This document shows positions 9,175 through 18,699 of a stretch of DNA of 32,000 nucleotides, piece after piece. Below the pieces are notes generated by a model. It was given only the letters and a program-made list of their open reading frames with translations, was not told where the DNA came from and did not search any database. This DNA comes from Mycobacterium tuberculosis H37Rv (lineage in GTDB: Bacteria > Actinomycetota > Actinomycetes > Mycobacteriales > Mycobacteriaceae): positions 2,520,001 through 2,552,000 of the forward strand of contig NC_000962.3 in NCBI RefSeq assembly GCF_000195955.2, written 5' to 3'. The translations under genes and the position numbers were made by a program. Every line of letters starts with the position of its first letter. Position 1 is the first letter of the stretch.

Positions 9175-9312
9175 GTCACCGGACCCTACGACTACCTGCT
9201 ACACATTCGGGTCTGCGACACAGCGGACCTGGACCGCCTGTTACGCAGGCTCAAGACCTCCGCGGAAGCTGCGCAAACCCAAACGCGCATTGCGCTCAGG
9301 TCCCGGCGTTGA
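9061..9312 (+). pseudogene. Remnant of an Lrp/AsnC-family regulator (C-terminal effector-binding domain)
   Basis: Frame 1 translation VPGGGIEAFVDVRLRPAEDSDDFLAWSSTDTTIDDAVHVTGPYDYLLHIRVCDTADLDRLLRRLKTSAEAAQTQTRIALRSRR*. It has the Lrp/AsnC pattern (vTGpYDYLLhirV.D..dLdrlLrrL......a.T.T.ial). Confidence 0.65.
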
Positions 9313-9340
9313 CACCGCGCCAGCAGGCGCCACCAAACCC

Positions 9341-9892
9341 TTAGCCAACTCCCCGACTCAGCCAAGTCACCTCGCCGGCGTCGCCGCCGTCACGATACAC
9401 CTCGAGCGCCTGGTCCCAGGCCGTTCCCAGCACCGAATCCAGTTCGGCGGCCAGTGTGTCCGCACCTTGGGCCATCATCGCCCGCAGCCGCATCTCCCCC
9501 ACCATGATGTCGCCGTTGGCGCTCATCGCCCCGCTCCACAGACCCAGTTGCGGGGTGTGACTGAATCGCTGGCCGTCGACTCCAGGGCTAGGGTCTTCGG
9601 TGACCTCGAACCGCAGCACCGACCAGGAACGCAAGGCGTTGGCTAGTCGCGCCCCGGTGCCCACCGGCCCGACCCAATTAGTGACCGCACGCAACTGCGG
9701 CGGCAGGGCCGGTTGCGGCGTCCAGACCAGGTTCGCCTTGGCCTGTAGGGTCGACGACAACGCCCACTCGACATGCGGGCACACCGCCGCGGGCGAGGCG
9801 TGGATGTACACCACACCGGACGTCACGTCGGCGAATTGGTTCGACGCTCGCATCTGCTGCTCCTTCGGTTCCACGAGGGACGTCTTCCCCAA
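9341..9892 (-). CDS. DUF3145-like conserved actinobacterial protein (Rv2256c-like)
   Basis: Up to 183 aa; internal starts give 170-177 aa. Conserved-looking core GVVYIHASPAAVCPHVEWALSSTL...FEVTEDPSPGVDGQRFSHTPQLGLWSGAMSANGDIMVGEMRLR. Confidence 0.75.
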   Translation of the reverse strand: MGKTSLVEPKEQQMRASNQFADVTSGVVYIHASPAAVCPHVEWALSSTLQAKANLVWTPQPALPPQLRAVTNWVGPVGTGARLANALRSWSVLRFEVTEDPSPGVDGQRFSHTPQLGLWSGAMSANGDIMVGEMRLRAMMAQGADTLAAELDSVLGTAWDQALEVYRDGGDAGEVTWLSRGVG

Positions 9893-10003
9893 CGACCTGG
9901 TGAACCCGACAAGCAGGATGCCTGCTGTGAAATTTCGAATTTTTGTGTCGTGCGTTTCTATTGTGCCTTGTGATACCCGTGTTGCGCTAGTGTGCGGTTC
10001 TGC

Positions 10004-10822
10004 CTAGGTGTACTCGGCTAGAACCGCGTCGGAAATCGCGGGCCACAAGTCCAACGCCCAGTCGCCGAAATCGCGGGCCGTGAGGACCACCAGAGCCAGG
10101 TCCGCCTTGGGATCCACCCAGATGAAACCGCCTGATTGGCCGAAATGGCCGAATGTCCGCGTCGAGTTGCACTCGCCGGTCCAGTGGGGCGATTTCGAAT
10201 TCCTGATCTCAAAGCCCAGCCCCCAGTCATTGGGCCGCTGCACACCGTACCCGGGCAGTACACCGTCCAGGCCGGGAAACTGCACCGTGGTCGCGTCGGC
10301 ATGCATCTGCGCCGAGACCGTCGATGGACGCAGCAGATCACCCGCGAACACCGCCAAGTCCGCGACCGTCGAGGTCGCCCCGAACCCGGCGGCAGCGGGG
10401 CCCCCGTCCAGCCGGGTGGTCACCATGCCCAGGGGTTCGCACACCGCCTCGGTCAGGTAGCGCCCGAACTCGATCCCCGACTCCCGCTGCACGCTCTCGG
10501 CCAGCACGGTGAAACCGTAGTTCGAATACATCCGGCGGGTGCCGGGGCGGGCCAGCGCCTGATCGGAATGCATCGCCAACCCCGATGTGTGCGCCAGCAG
10601 GTGACGGACCGTGGAGCCGGGCGGGCCTGCCGGGGTGTCGAGATTCACCACCCCCTCCTCAACGGCGACCTGTGCGGCTCGGGCCACCAGCGGCTTGGTG
10701 ACCGACGCCAGCGCGAACACCCGCGCGGTATCGCCGTGGGTGGCTAGCACCCCTGCGGGTCCGATCACCGCGGCGGCCGCAGCCGGGACCGGCCAGCCAC
10801 CAAGCACTTCGAGAGCGGTCAT
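10004..10822 (-). CDS. Beta-lactamase/penicillin-binding-like serine hydrolase (Rv2257c-like)
   Basis: 272-aa ORF with SxxK (SVTK), YxN (MYSNYG) and HFGQSGGFIWVDP motifs. Confidence 0.85.
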   Translation of the reverse strand: MTALEVLGGWPVPAAAAAVIGPAGVLATHGDTARVFALASVTKPLVARAAQVAVEEGVVNLDTPAGPPGSTVRHLLAHTSGLAMHSDQALARPGTRRMYSNYGFTVLAESVQRESGIEFGRYLTEAVCEPLGMVTTRLDGGPAAAGFGATSTVADLAVFAGDLLRPSTVSAQMHADATTVQFPGLDGVLPGYGVQRPNDWGLGFEIRNSKSPHWTGECNSTRTFGHFGQSGGFIWVDPKADLALVVLTARDFGDWALDLWPAISDAVLAEYT

Positions 10823-10835
10823 CGACTCCGGCGCG

Positions 10836-11897
10836 TCACTTCCGGGCGATGTAGTAGTTGTTCAACACGTCCGACTCGATCTCGGCCACCGTCACGTCGG
10901 TAAAACCGGCGTCGGCGAGCATCGAGGTGGCCAACTGCCTGCCCCACACCGTCCCCAACCCGGCCCCGTCAAGCGCCAGCGACACCGTCATGCAGTGCAT
11001 TAGCGAGGTCGTGTACAGGTAGGTGCTCAGCGGAACGCCGACATTGTCTTCCAGTTGACTCGATGCCTTGATGTCGACCATCAGCAGCACACCACCGGGT
11101 CGCAGCGCACGATAGATGTTCTGCAGGACGCGCGCCGGCTGCGCCTGGTCGTGAATCGCGTCGAACACGGTGATCACGTCGTAGGCCCCCACCTTGTCCA
11201 GCTCTGCCAGGTCATGGCGCTCGAAGGTCGCGTTTGCCAGGCCCAACCGAGCCGCCTCCTCGGTCCCCGCCGCAACGGCCTCGTCGGAAAAGTCGATGCC
11301 GGTGAATCGGCTCGCGCCGAACGCCTGCGCCATCAGCTTGACCGCGCGACCACTGCCGCAACCGAAATCGGCCACGTCGGCTCCGGACCGCAAGCGGTCC
11401 GGAAGGCCGTCGACCAGCGGGAGCACCACGTCGATCAAGGCGGCATCGAACACCATGCCGCTCATCTCGGCCATCAGCTTGTGGAAGCGCGGGTATTCGC
11501 TGTAGGGCACACCGCCGCCTTCCCGGAAGCAGCGAATGACCTTTTGTTCGACCTCGCCGAGCAGCGAAACGAACTGTGCTATCACGGCGAGGTTGTCCGG
11601 CCCGGCCGCACGGGTCAGCATGCCGGCGCGGTGGGCAGGCAGCGAGTAGGTCGAGCTCCCCGCGTCGTATTCGACGATCTGCCCGGTGGTCATGCCGCCT
11701 AGCCACTCCCGAACGTAGCGCTCTTCCAACCCCGCAGCCTCAGCGATCTCCATGCTGGTGGCTGGCGGAAGTCCGGCCATGGTGTCCAGCAGCCCGGTCT
11801 GGTGTCCAACGCTCACCAGGATCGCCAAACCGGCGCTGTCGATGGCCGCAACAAAACGGTTGCCGAATTCTTCGGTGGTCTCGAGTGCTCCGCTCAT
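10836..11897 (-). CDS. SAM-dependent methyltransferase with N-terminal winged-helix-like region (Rv2258c-like)
   Basis: 353-aa ORF. SAM motif [19 protein letters not shown] and [18 protein letters not shown]. The start codon lies in the first unit of the 53-bp array. Confidence 0.88.
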
Positions 11898-12210
11898 CTG
11901 CGCCGCTCCTCCTCATCGCTTCGCTCTGCATCGTCACCGGCGCGACTCATCTGCGCCGCTCCTCCTCATCGCTTCGCTCTGCATCGTCACCGGCGCGACT
12001 CATCTGCGCCGCTCCTGCTCATCGCTTCGCTCTGCATCGTCACCGGCGCGACTCATCTGCGCCGCTCCTGCTCATCGCTTCGCTCTGCATCGTCACCGGC
12101 GCGACTCATCTGCGCCGCTCCTGCTCATCGCTTCGCTCTGCATCGTCACCGGCGCGACTCATCTGCGCCGCTCCTCCTCATCGCTTCGCTCTGCATCGTC
12201 ACCGGCGCGC
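11893..12210. repeat. 53-bp MIRU minisatellite, 6 tandem copies (MIRU-23 locus by recalled H37Rv position)
   Basis: Unit CTCATCTGCGCCGCTCCTCCTCATCGCTTCGCTCTGCATCGTCACCGGCGCGA starts at 11893, 11946, 11999, 12052, 12105 and 12158. Copies 3-5 carry a C-to-G variant (CTCCTGCTC); the last base of copy 6 is C. Confidence 0.97.
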
Positions 12211-12244
12211 ATGGTCAGCGACGCTACACCGTAGGTTGGACACC

Positions 12245-13330
12245 ATGAGTCAGACGGTGCGCGGTGTGATCGCACGACAAAAGGGCGAACCCGTTGAGCT
12301 GGTGAACATTGTCGTCCCGGATCCCGGACCCGGCGAGGCCGTGGTCGACGTCACCGCCTGCGGGGTATGCCATACCGACCTGACCTACCGCGAGGGCGGC
12401 ATCAACGACGAATACCCTTTTCTGCTCGGACACGAGGCCGCGGGCATCATCGAGGCCGTCGGGCCGGGTGTAACCGCAGTCGAGCCCGGCGACTTCGTGA
12501 TCCTGAACTGGCGTGCCGTGTGCGGCCAGTGCCGGGCCTGCAAACGCGGACGGCCCCGCTACTGCTTCGACACCTTTAACGCCGAACAGAAGATGACGCT
12601 GACCGACGGCACCGAGCTCACTGCGGCGTTGGGCATCGGGGCCTTTGCCGATAAGACGCTGGTGCACTCTGGCCAGTGCACGAAGGTCGATCCGGCTGCC
12701 GATCCCGCGGTGGCCGGCCTGCTGGGTTGCGGGGTCATGGCCGGCCTGGGCGCCGCGATCAACACCGGCGGGGTAACCCGCGACGACACCGTCGCGGTGA
12801 TCGGCTGCGGCGGCGTTGGCGATGCCGCGATCGCCGGTGCCGCGCTGGTCGGCGCCAAACGGATCATCGCGGTCGACACCGATGACACGAAGCTTGACTG
12901 GGCCCGCACCTTCGGCGCCACCCACACCGTCAACGCCCGCGAAGTCGACGTCGTCCAGGCCATCGGCGGCCTCACGGATGGATTCGGCGCGGACGTGGTG
13001 ATCGACGCCGTCGGCCGACCGGAAACCTACCAGCAGGCCTTCTACGCCCGCGATCTCGCCGGAACCGTTGTGCTGGTGGGTGTTCCGACGCCCGACATGC
13101 GCCTGGACATGCCGCTGGTCGACTTCTTCTCTCACGGCGGTGCGCTGAAGTCGTCGTGGTACGGCGATTGCCTGCCCGAAAGCGACTTCCCCACGCTGAT
13201 CGACCTTTACCTGCAGGGCCGGCTGCCGCTGCAGCGGTTCGTTTCCGAACGCATCGGGCTCGAAGACGTCGAGGAGGCGTTCCACAAGATGCATGGCGGC
13301 AAGGTATTGCGTTCGGTGGTGATGTTGTGA
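12245..13330 (+). CDS. mscR: NAD/mycothiol-dependent formaldehyde dehydrogenase / S-nitrosomycothiol reductase MscR
   Basis: 361 aa from ATG 12245. Zinc alcohol dehydrogenase features [39 protein letters not shown] and [10 protein letters not shown]. Confidence 0.9.
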   Translation: MSQTVRGVIARQKGEPVELVNIVVPDPGPGEAVVDVTACGVCHTDLTYREGGINDEYPFLLGHEAAGIIEAVGPGVTAVEPGDFVILNWRAVCGQCRACKRGRPRYCFDTFNAEQKMTLTDGTELTAALGIGAFADKTLVHSGQCTKVDPAADPAVAGLLGCGVMAGLGAAINTGGVTRDDTVAVIGCGGVGDAAIAGAALVGAKRIIAVDTDDTKLDWARTFGATHTVNAREVDVVQAIGGLTDGFGADVVIDAVGRPETYQQAFYARDLAGTVVLVGVPTPDMRLDMPLVDFFSHGGALKSSWYGDCLPESDFPTLIDLYLQGRLPLQRFVSERIGLEDVEEAFHKMHGGKVLRSVVML

Positions 13331-13965
13331 TGGCCGCCATCGAGCGCGTCATCACCCACGGCACCTTCGAACTCGATGGCGGCAGTTGGGAAGTCGACAA
13401 CAACATCTGGCTGGTCGGCGACGACTCCGAGGTGGTGGTTTTCGACGCCGCCCACCACGCGGCTCCTATCATCGACGCCGTCGGCGGCCGCAAGGTGGTT
13501 GCGGTGATCTGCACGCACGGCCACAACGACCACGTGACGGTGGCCCCCGAACTGGGCACGGCGCTTGACGCACCGGTGCTGATGCATCCCGGCGACGCCG
13601 TGCTGTGGCGAATGACTCACCCGGACAAAAGCTTTCGCGCCGTTTCAGACGGTGATGCGGTGCGGGTTGGCGGGACGGAGTTGCGTGCGCTGCACACCCC
13701 GGGGCACTCCCCTGGATCGGTGTGCTGGTATGCGCCAGAGCTGGGTCCCGGAACAGGCACCGTGTTCAGCGGAGACACGCTGTTCGCTGGCGGGCCGGGT
13801 GCAACCGGCCGCTCGTATTCCGACTTCCCCACGATCCTGCGGTCGATATCCGGACGGCTCGGCGCATTACCGGGCGACACCGTCGTGCACACCGGCCACG
13901 GCGACAGCACCACCATCGGCGACGAGATCGTCCACTACGAGGAATGGGTGGCCCGTGGGCATTGA
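13330..13965 (+). CDS. Metallo-beta-lactamase-fold hydrolase (Rv2260-like)
   Basis: 211 aa from ATG 13330, whose A is also the last base of the mscR stop (TGATG). MBL motifs CTHGHNDHV, HTPGHSPGS, FSGDTLF and VHTGHGDSTTIGDE. Confidence 0.9.
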   Translation: MAAIERVITHGTFELDGGSWEVDNNIWLVGDDSEVVVFDAAHHAAPIIDAVGGRKVVAVICTHGHNDHVTVAPELGTALDAPVLMHPGDAVLWRMTHPDKSFRAVSDGDAVRVGGTELRALHTPGHSPGSVCWYAPELGPGTGTVFSGDTLFAGGPGATGRSYSDFPTILRSISGRLGALPGDTVVHTGHGDSTTIGDEIVHYEEWVARGH

Positions 13966-14041
13966 TCCCGCGGGCGCGCGCAGAATGCCGGTCGTAGCGG
14001 CGTGTCGGTGTACAAGCACCGCGCGGTCCATGAGCCGAGCG

Positions 14042-14560
14042 CTACTTATCCGCGCAATCTGACACTCGAGCCAAGCTGCGGCGCAGAAACACCGCAAAGC
14101 CGGCACCCATGACCACAAATGCCGTCACTGGCACCCAGTCACCCAACCGAAGGTAGAGCGTGACATTCGATGCCAACGGAACGTTCACCACGATGGCACC
14201 GTTGAATTCCGCCGAGCACCAGGCCAGCCGACGGCCCCGGGTATCAAAGGCCGAGCTGTCGCCCGACAAGCTGGCGTGCACCGCTGGGATGCCGGCTTCG
14301 ACGGCGCGCACCGCGGGCTGGGCGGCCAACTGCGGCTGCGCCCAACTCCCTTGGAACGTCGAGGTGGAACTCTGATACACCAGCAGCGCCGCCCCGAGCC
14401 GCGCGGCGTGCCGGGTCAGATCGGAGAAGGTCATCTCGTAGCTGATCAACGGGGCGATATGCAAGGAGTTCACCGCCAACACCACCGGCCCGGCGCCGCG
14501 CTGCCGATCCTTTGCGGCGGCCTTGCTGTAGCGGGTGATCCAGCCGAAAAGCGGGCGCAG
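14042..14560 (-). pseudogene. C-terminal portion of a frameshifted apolipoprotein N-acyltransferase-like gene (Rv2261c-like)
   Basis: Annotatable ORF 14042-14485. Similarity extends in the same frame up to about 14560: LRPLFGWITRYSKAAAKDRQRGAGPVVLAVNSLHIAPLISYEMTFSDLTR. Confidence 0.75.
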
Positions 14561-15552
14561 CGGAGCACATATTCGCCAAACGGAACCAACCGGGTCTTCC
14601 GGTAGCTGCCCACAGCTTCGTGCGCGCCGACAAGCACCGCCGACTTGTAGATTCCCCCGTCCGGTGCCGGGGCGTCGACGTTGACCAACAAATCCGCGCC
14701 CACCCGCTGTGACAGCTCGGCCAGGCGAGCCAGGACGTCAGGATGGCGGGTGAGGTCTTGTCCGACGCTGCTTTCCCCCCAGACCACCAAGTCCGGCCGC
14801 TGGTCCGCAACGGCCGCGGTGAACTCTTCACCGGCCGCCAGTCGAGCCGCCGCATCGGCTATGTCGCCGGCCTGTACCAGCGCCACGCGCACCGTCGGAC
14901 CGCCGACCGGCACCGAGCCCAGCAGGTAGGAAGCCGGGCCGAGTCCCGCACACCCAATCACGCATCCCAGCGCGACCAGCCGGCCGCCCGTTGCCCGGCA
15001 CACGAGCACGCTCGCGATGGCGGTATTGGTCGCAACCAGAAGAAAACTTGTCAGCCACACCCCACCCAGCGACGCCGACGCTAGCGTCACGGGCTGGCTC
15101 CATTGCGATGCACCCAGCAACGCCCACGGACCGCCCAGCGATTGCCAGGACCGCACCGCTTCGGCTGCCACCCACGCGCTGGGCACCACGACCAGGGCGG
15201 CACCGACGCGGCATGTGGTCACCGGTACCGACAACAGCCGGTGCGCCAACCACCCGGCCGGCAGCCACAGCACACCCAGGCCGGCGGCCAACAGCACCAG
15301 CATCGGACCAGCACTGGTCACCAGCCAGTACTGGGTTGCCAGCACAAATCCGCCCATACCCGTCCACGCCCGCAGCGCGCCCTCCCACGACGTCGGCGCG
15401 GCCCGCACCACTAACAGCAGTGGGACCAAGCCGAACCAGGCCAGCCACCACCAAGACGGCGCGGGAAAGGCCAGCGCGGGTAACCCGCCGAACACCAACG
15501 CTGCCGCACAACCAATGACCGGTTGTCGCCGGGCTCCCGCGCGCAACGCCAT
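14470..15552 (-). pseudogene. N-terminal portion of a frameshifted apolipoprotein N-acyltransferase-like gene (Rv2262c-like)
   Basis: 360 aa from ATG 15552. Multiple TM segments plus nitrilase-like VVWGESSVGQDL and GSYRKTRLVPFGEYV, after which the frame diverges from the family pattern. Confidence 0.78.
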
Positions 15553-15640
15553 GCCGATCAGCATGCCGGCCACATTCGCCTGCGTCGAGGAAAAGAGCAG
15601 ACTAAGACCGGCAGTCCCCGCCAGAAAGGGAGTGATTTGC

Positions 15641-16594
15641 ATGGCCAAGGATCTGGTCGCCACGGTGCCCGATCTTTCCGGGAAGCTGGCAATCATCACC
15701 GGCGCCAACAGCGGTCTAGGCTTCGGGCTGGCCCGGCGGCTGTCGGCGGCTGGCGCCGACGTAATCATGGCGATCCGCAATCGCGCCAAGGGCGAGGCGG
15801 CGGTCGAGGAAATCCGGACCGCGGTTCCGGATGCGAAGCTGACCATCAAGGCCCTCGACCTGTCATCGTTGGCGTCCGTCGCCGCGTTGGGGGAACAGCT
15901 CATGGCTGACGGGCGGCCGATCGACCTGCTGATCAACAACGCCGGCGTCATGACCCCACCGGAACGCGTTACCACTGCCGACGGCTTCGAATTGCAGTTC
16001 GGCAGCAACCATCTCGGACACTTCGCGCTAACCGCACACCTGCTGCCGCTGTTGCGCGCGGCACAGCGCGCGAGGGTCGTCTCGTTGAGCAGCTTGGCGG
16101 CCCGCCGCGGCCGCATCCACTTCGACGACCTACAGTTCGAGAGGTCGTACGCCCCGATGACGGCCTATGGCCAGTCGAAGCTGGCGGTCTTGATGTTCGC
16201 CCGCGAGCTGGACCGCCGCAGCCGCGCGGCCGGCTGGGGCATCATCTCCAATGCCGCGCATCCTGGCTTGACCAAGACCAACCTGCAGATCGCGGGACCG
16301 TCCCATGGCCGCGACAAGCCGGCGCTGATGGAACGCTTGTACAAGACGTCCTGGCGTTTCGCACCGTTCCTCTGGCAGGAGATCGAAGAGGGGATCTTGC
16401 CCGCGCTGTATGCAGCCGCCACCCCGCAAGCCGACGGTGGCGCGTTCTATGGCCCCCGCGGCCGCTACGAGGTCGCCGGCGGTGGTGTGCGAGAGGCCAA
16501 GGTTCCCGCAGCCGCCCGCAACGACGCCGATAGCAAGCGACTTTGGGAGGTCTCCGAGCAGCTCACCGGTGTCAGCTACCCGAAATCGCGCTGA
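15641..16594 (+). CDS. Short-chain dehydrogenase/reductase (Rv2263-like)
   Basis: 317 aa from ATG 15641. [14 protein letters not shown] and NNAGVMTPP, with a candidate YxxxK (YGQSK). Confidence 0.9.
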   Translation: MAKDLVATVPDLSGKLAIITGANSGLGFGLARRLSAAGADVIMAIRNRAKGEAAVEEIRTAVPDAKLTIKALDLSSLASVAALGEQLMADGRPIDLLINNAGVMTPPERVTTADGFELQFGSNHLGHFALTAHLLPLLRAAQRARVVSLSSLAARRGRIHFDDLQFERSYAPMTAYGQSKLAVLMFARELDRRSRAAGWGIISNAAHPGLTKTNLQIAGPSHGRDKPALMERLYKTSWRFAPFLWQEIEEGILPALYAAATPQADGGAFYGPRGRYEVAGGGVREAKVPAAARNDADSKRLWEVSEQLTGVSYPKSR

Positions 16595-18359
16595 ACTGCC
16601 CGATCCCGGGAACCTGAGGTATTCCGGGGGGGAGCTGCGGAATCTCCGGAATCGGTGGGATCGGCGGGATCGGTGGAGGGCTGGGGGACGTGGTCGCCGG
16701 CGGCTGCGTGGTCGCCGGCGGCTGCGTGGTCGCCGGCGGCGCGGAAGCGGGGGTCGTCGGTGCCGGAGTGATGACATCGGTGGTCACCGCCGGTTGCGTA
16801 TTCGTCGTTGTCGGCGGAGGCGGCAACGGCTGCTGCAGCGGCGGCGCGGGCCCACCGGTGGCTGGCGCCTGTACGGGAGGTGCGGGCTCGGTAGTGGGGC
16901 CATCGGATGCCGGCGCTGGGGACGGGGGCGGTGCGGCGGTCGTGGTCACACCCGGCCTCTGCGGGGTCCCCGGCGCCGTCGGCTGGTCGCCGGTGGACAA
17001 CCCGATCGCCACGGCGGCACCCACCAGCAACACCGCCACCGTCGTGCCGGTGATGATCACGGCCGGCAGGCGATACCACGGGATTGGCGGGGACTTGGGC
17101 TCGGGCTCCGCATGGGCATCGTGGTCGAAGCTCAGCGACGGGCGGGCCGCTGTGTAGCCAGGGGCCGGCCCGATGTGGGAGTCCTCGTCGGCCTCCGACC
17201 AGGCCAAAGCGGGCTGCAGGACCGACGCCGGCGCATCGGCCGGCGCCGTCGCCGTCGCCGAGGTGACCGCGGTCAGCACCGTTGCGCTGGTGTCGCCGGG
17301 TCTGCGTGCCGCCCACAACGCGCCGCCGAAAGCGGCCGTCAATTGCGGACGAGGCGTCCTGACCACCGGCACGCAGAAACGTCCGGACAGCGTCGTGGTG
17401 ACTGCCGGGATATTTGCACCACCACCCACCGAAACGATCGCTACCAGCTCGGCCGTGCGAATTCCGCTGCGGGCCAGGGTTTGTTCCAAGGCCCTGCCCA
17501 CGCTGTCCAGCGAGTCACGGATTGTGTCCTCGAGCTCGTTGCGGGTCAACCGGATATCCCCGCCCAACGCGTCGGTCAGCGTGGTCACCGTGCTTGACGA
17601 AAGCCGTTCCTTGGCTTTGCGACATTCGATCCGCAGCTTAGTCAGTGAGCCGATCGCCGAGGTGCCGGCTGGATCGAACGCGCCCGTGCCCGGTAGTTCG
17701 GACATGACGTAGCTCAACAGCGACTGATCGATCAGATCGCCGGAGAAAGCCTGATGGCGCACCGTCGCGGCCACCGGCCGATACTCGTCTGCGGCGTCGA
17801 CGAGCGTGATGCCGGTCCCGCTGCCACCGAAGTCGCATACCGCGACGATCCCACGGGCCGGTATGCCCGGGTCGGCCCGTATCGCGTACAGCGCTGCCGC
17901 GGCGTCAGGGAGCAGTGACAGTGGCTGGGCCGTACTCGAAGTCCCGTGCGACCATTCCGAGGCCCGACGCAGCGCGCTATCCAACGCTGCTACCGCAGCC
18001 GGCCCCCAGTGGGCGGGATAGGTCACCGTGACACTTCCGGGAAGAGCACGACCGCCGGTAGCGGTGTAGGCCAGCGCCAGCAGTGCGTCAGCCACTAGCG
18101 CCTCGCTGCGGTACACCGAGCCGTCGGCAGCCACGATGCCGACCGAATCTCCCACCCGGTCTACGAAGTCGGTGATCACCAGGCCTGGCTCGTCCAGCCT
18201 CGGGTTCTCCGATGGCACACCGACCTCGGGCGGGCGCTGTCGATACAGCGTCAGCACGGGTTTACGTGTGATGGAGTGATCGGCAGCCACAGCCGCTAGG
18301 TTGGTGACACCGATCGACAAGCCTAATGCCGGTCTCGCCCCTGTTGCCATATGGCCCAA
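16572..18359 (-). CDS. Actin/Hsp70-fold membrane protein with proline/threonine-rich C-terminus (Rv2264c-like)
   Basis: 595-aa [18 protein letters not shown] nucleotide-binding-like region; [23 protein letters not shown] transmembrane segment; Pro/Thr-rich tail. Overlaps the convergent SDR gene by 23 nt. Confidence 0.85.
   Translation of the reverse strand: MGHMATGARPALGLSIGVTNLAAVAADHSITRKPVLTLYRQRPPEVGVPSENPRLDEPGLVITDFVDRVGDSVGIVAADGSVYRSEALVADALLALAYTATGGRALPGSVTVTYPAHWGPAAVAALDSALRRASEWSHGTSSTAQPLSLLPDAAAALYAIRADPGIPARGIVAVCDFGGSGTGITLVDAADEYRPVAATVRHQAFSGDLIDQSLLSYVMSELPGTGAFDPAGTSAIGSLTKLRIECRKAKERLSSSTVTTLTDALGGDIRLTRNELEDTIRDSLDSVGRALEQTLARSGIRTAELVAIVSVGGGANIPAVTTTLSGRFCVPVVRTPRPQLTAAFGGALWAARRPGDTSATVLTAVTSATATAPADAPASVLQPALAWSEADEDSHIGPAPGYTAARPSLSFDHDAHAEPEPKSPPIPWYRLPAVIITGTTVAVLLVGAAVAIGLSTGDQPTAPGTPQRPGVTTTAAPPPSPAPASDGPTTEPAPPVQAPATGGPAPPLQQPLPPPPTTTNTQPAVTTDVITPAPTTPASAPPATTQPPATTQPPATTSPSPPPIPPIPPIPEIPQLPPGIPQVPGIGQFSAISGS
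16691..16741. repeat. Short 18-bp in-frame tandem repeat encoding the PPATTQ-rich tail
   Basis: TGGTCGCCGGCGGCTGCG repeated about 2.8 times, giving [17 protein letters not shown] on the minus strand. Confidence 0.85.
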
Positions 18360-18699
18360 TCCCCGTGTCCGGCGGCTCGTCGCAACCGCCTACCTCGAAT
18401 TTTCCGTCATACCTATAGCCAATGTGGGCGCCGGTGATCTGGATAGCGACATTGCCGCAACGCCCGGTTGGTCAGCAAATGGTGCCCATGCTGGCGACCA
18501 ACGGGACCTCCGGCGCGGTAAGGCAGCCGGGCTCCAGTAATCCCAGCGGCTAGGCCAAGGCCTCGATGTCGTCGGTGGCGACGATGCCTACCGGCTTGGA
18601 GCCGTGTTGAGAAATGAGTTCGGCCGTCGGCAGCAACCTCCCCACTCAGCAATCCCAGCTTCACCCTAAACCTGGCGTTCGTACGCCACCTAGCATCTG

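Noticed and set aside
11893-12210. Possible CRISPR array
   Set aside because: Units are directly tandem with no unique spacers and no cas genes nearby. This is a minisatellite (MIRU).
11576-13330. 584-aa plus-strand ORF spanning the MIRU array and mscR
   Set aside because: The 53-bp units contain no stops in this phase, so the ORF is open by chance. The real MscR start is ATG 12245; everything before it is antisense to the methyltransferase or repeat-derived ([24 protein letters not shown]).
14828-15511. 227-aa minus-strand ORF overlapping the lnt-like gene in another frame
   Set aside because: Gly/Arg/Val shadow frame without TM pattern. The lnt-like frame has TM helices and catalytic-type motifs.
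15553-16116. N-terminal extension of the lnt-like ORF to 16116
   Set aside because: It lies antisense to the SDR gene. The natural start [12 protein letters not shown] is at 15552.
16691-16741. Possible structural RNA or VNTR at the GTGGTCGCCGGCGGCTGC repeats
   Set aside because: It is an in-frame 18-bp repeat fully explained by the PPATTQ coding tail.
18550-18645. Short minus-strand frame GRLLPTAELISQHGSKPVGIVATDDIEALA, vaguely reminiscent of Phd-type antitoxin C-termini
   Set aside because: Only 31 codons, no recognisable N-terminal domain or toxin partner, and the similarity is too weak. Worth one HMM search but not reported as a feature.
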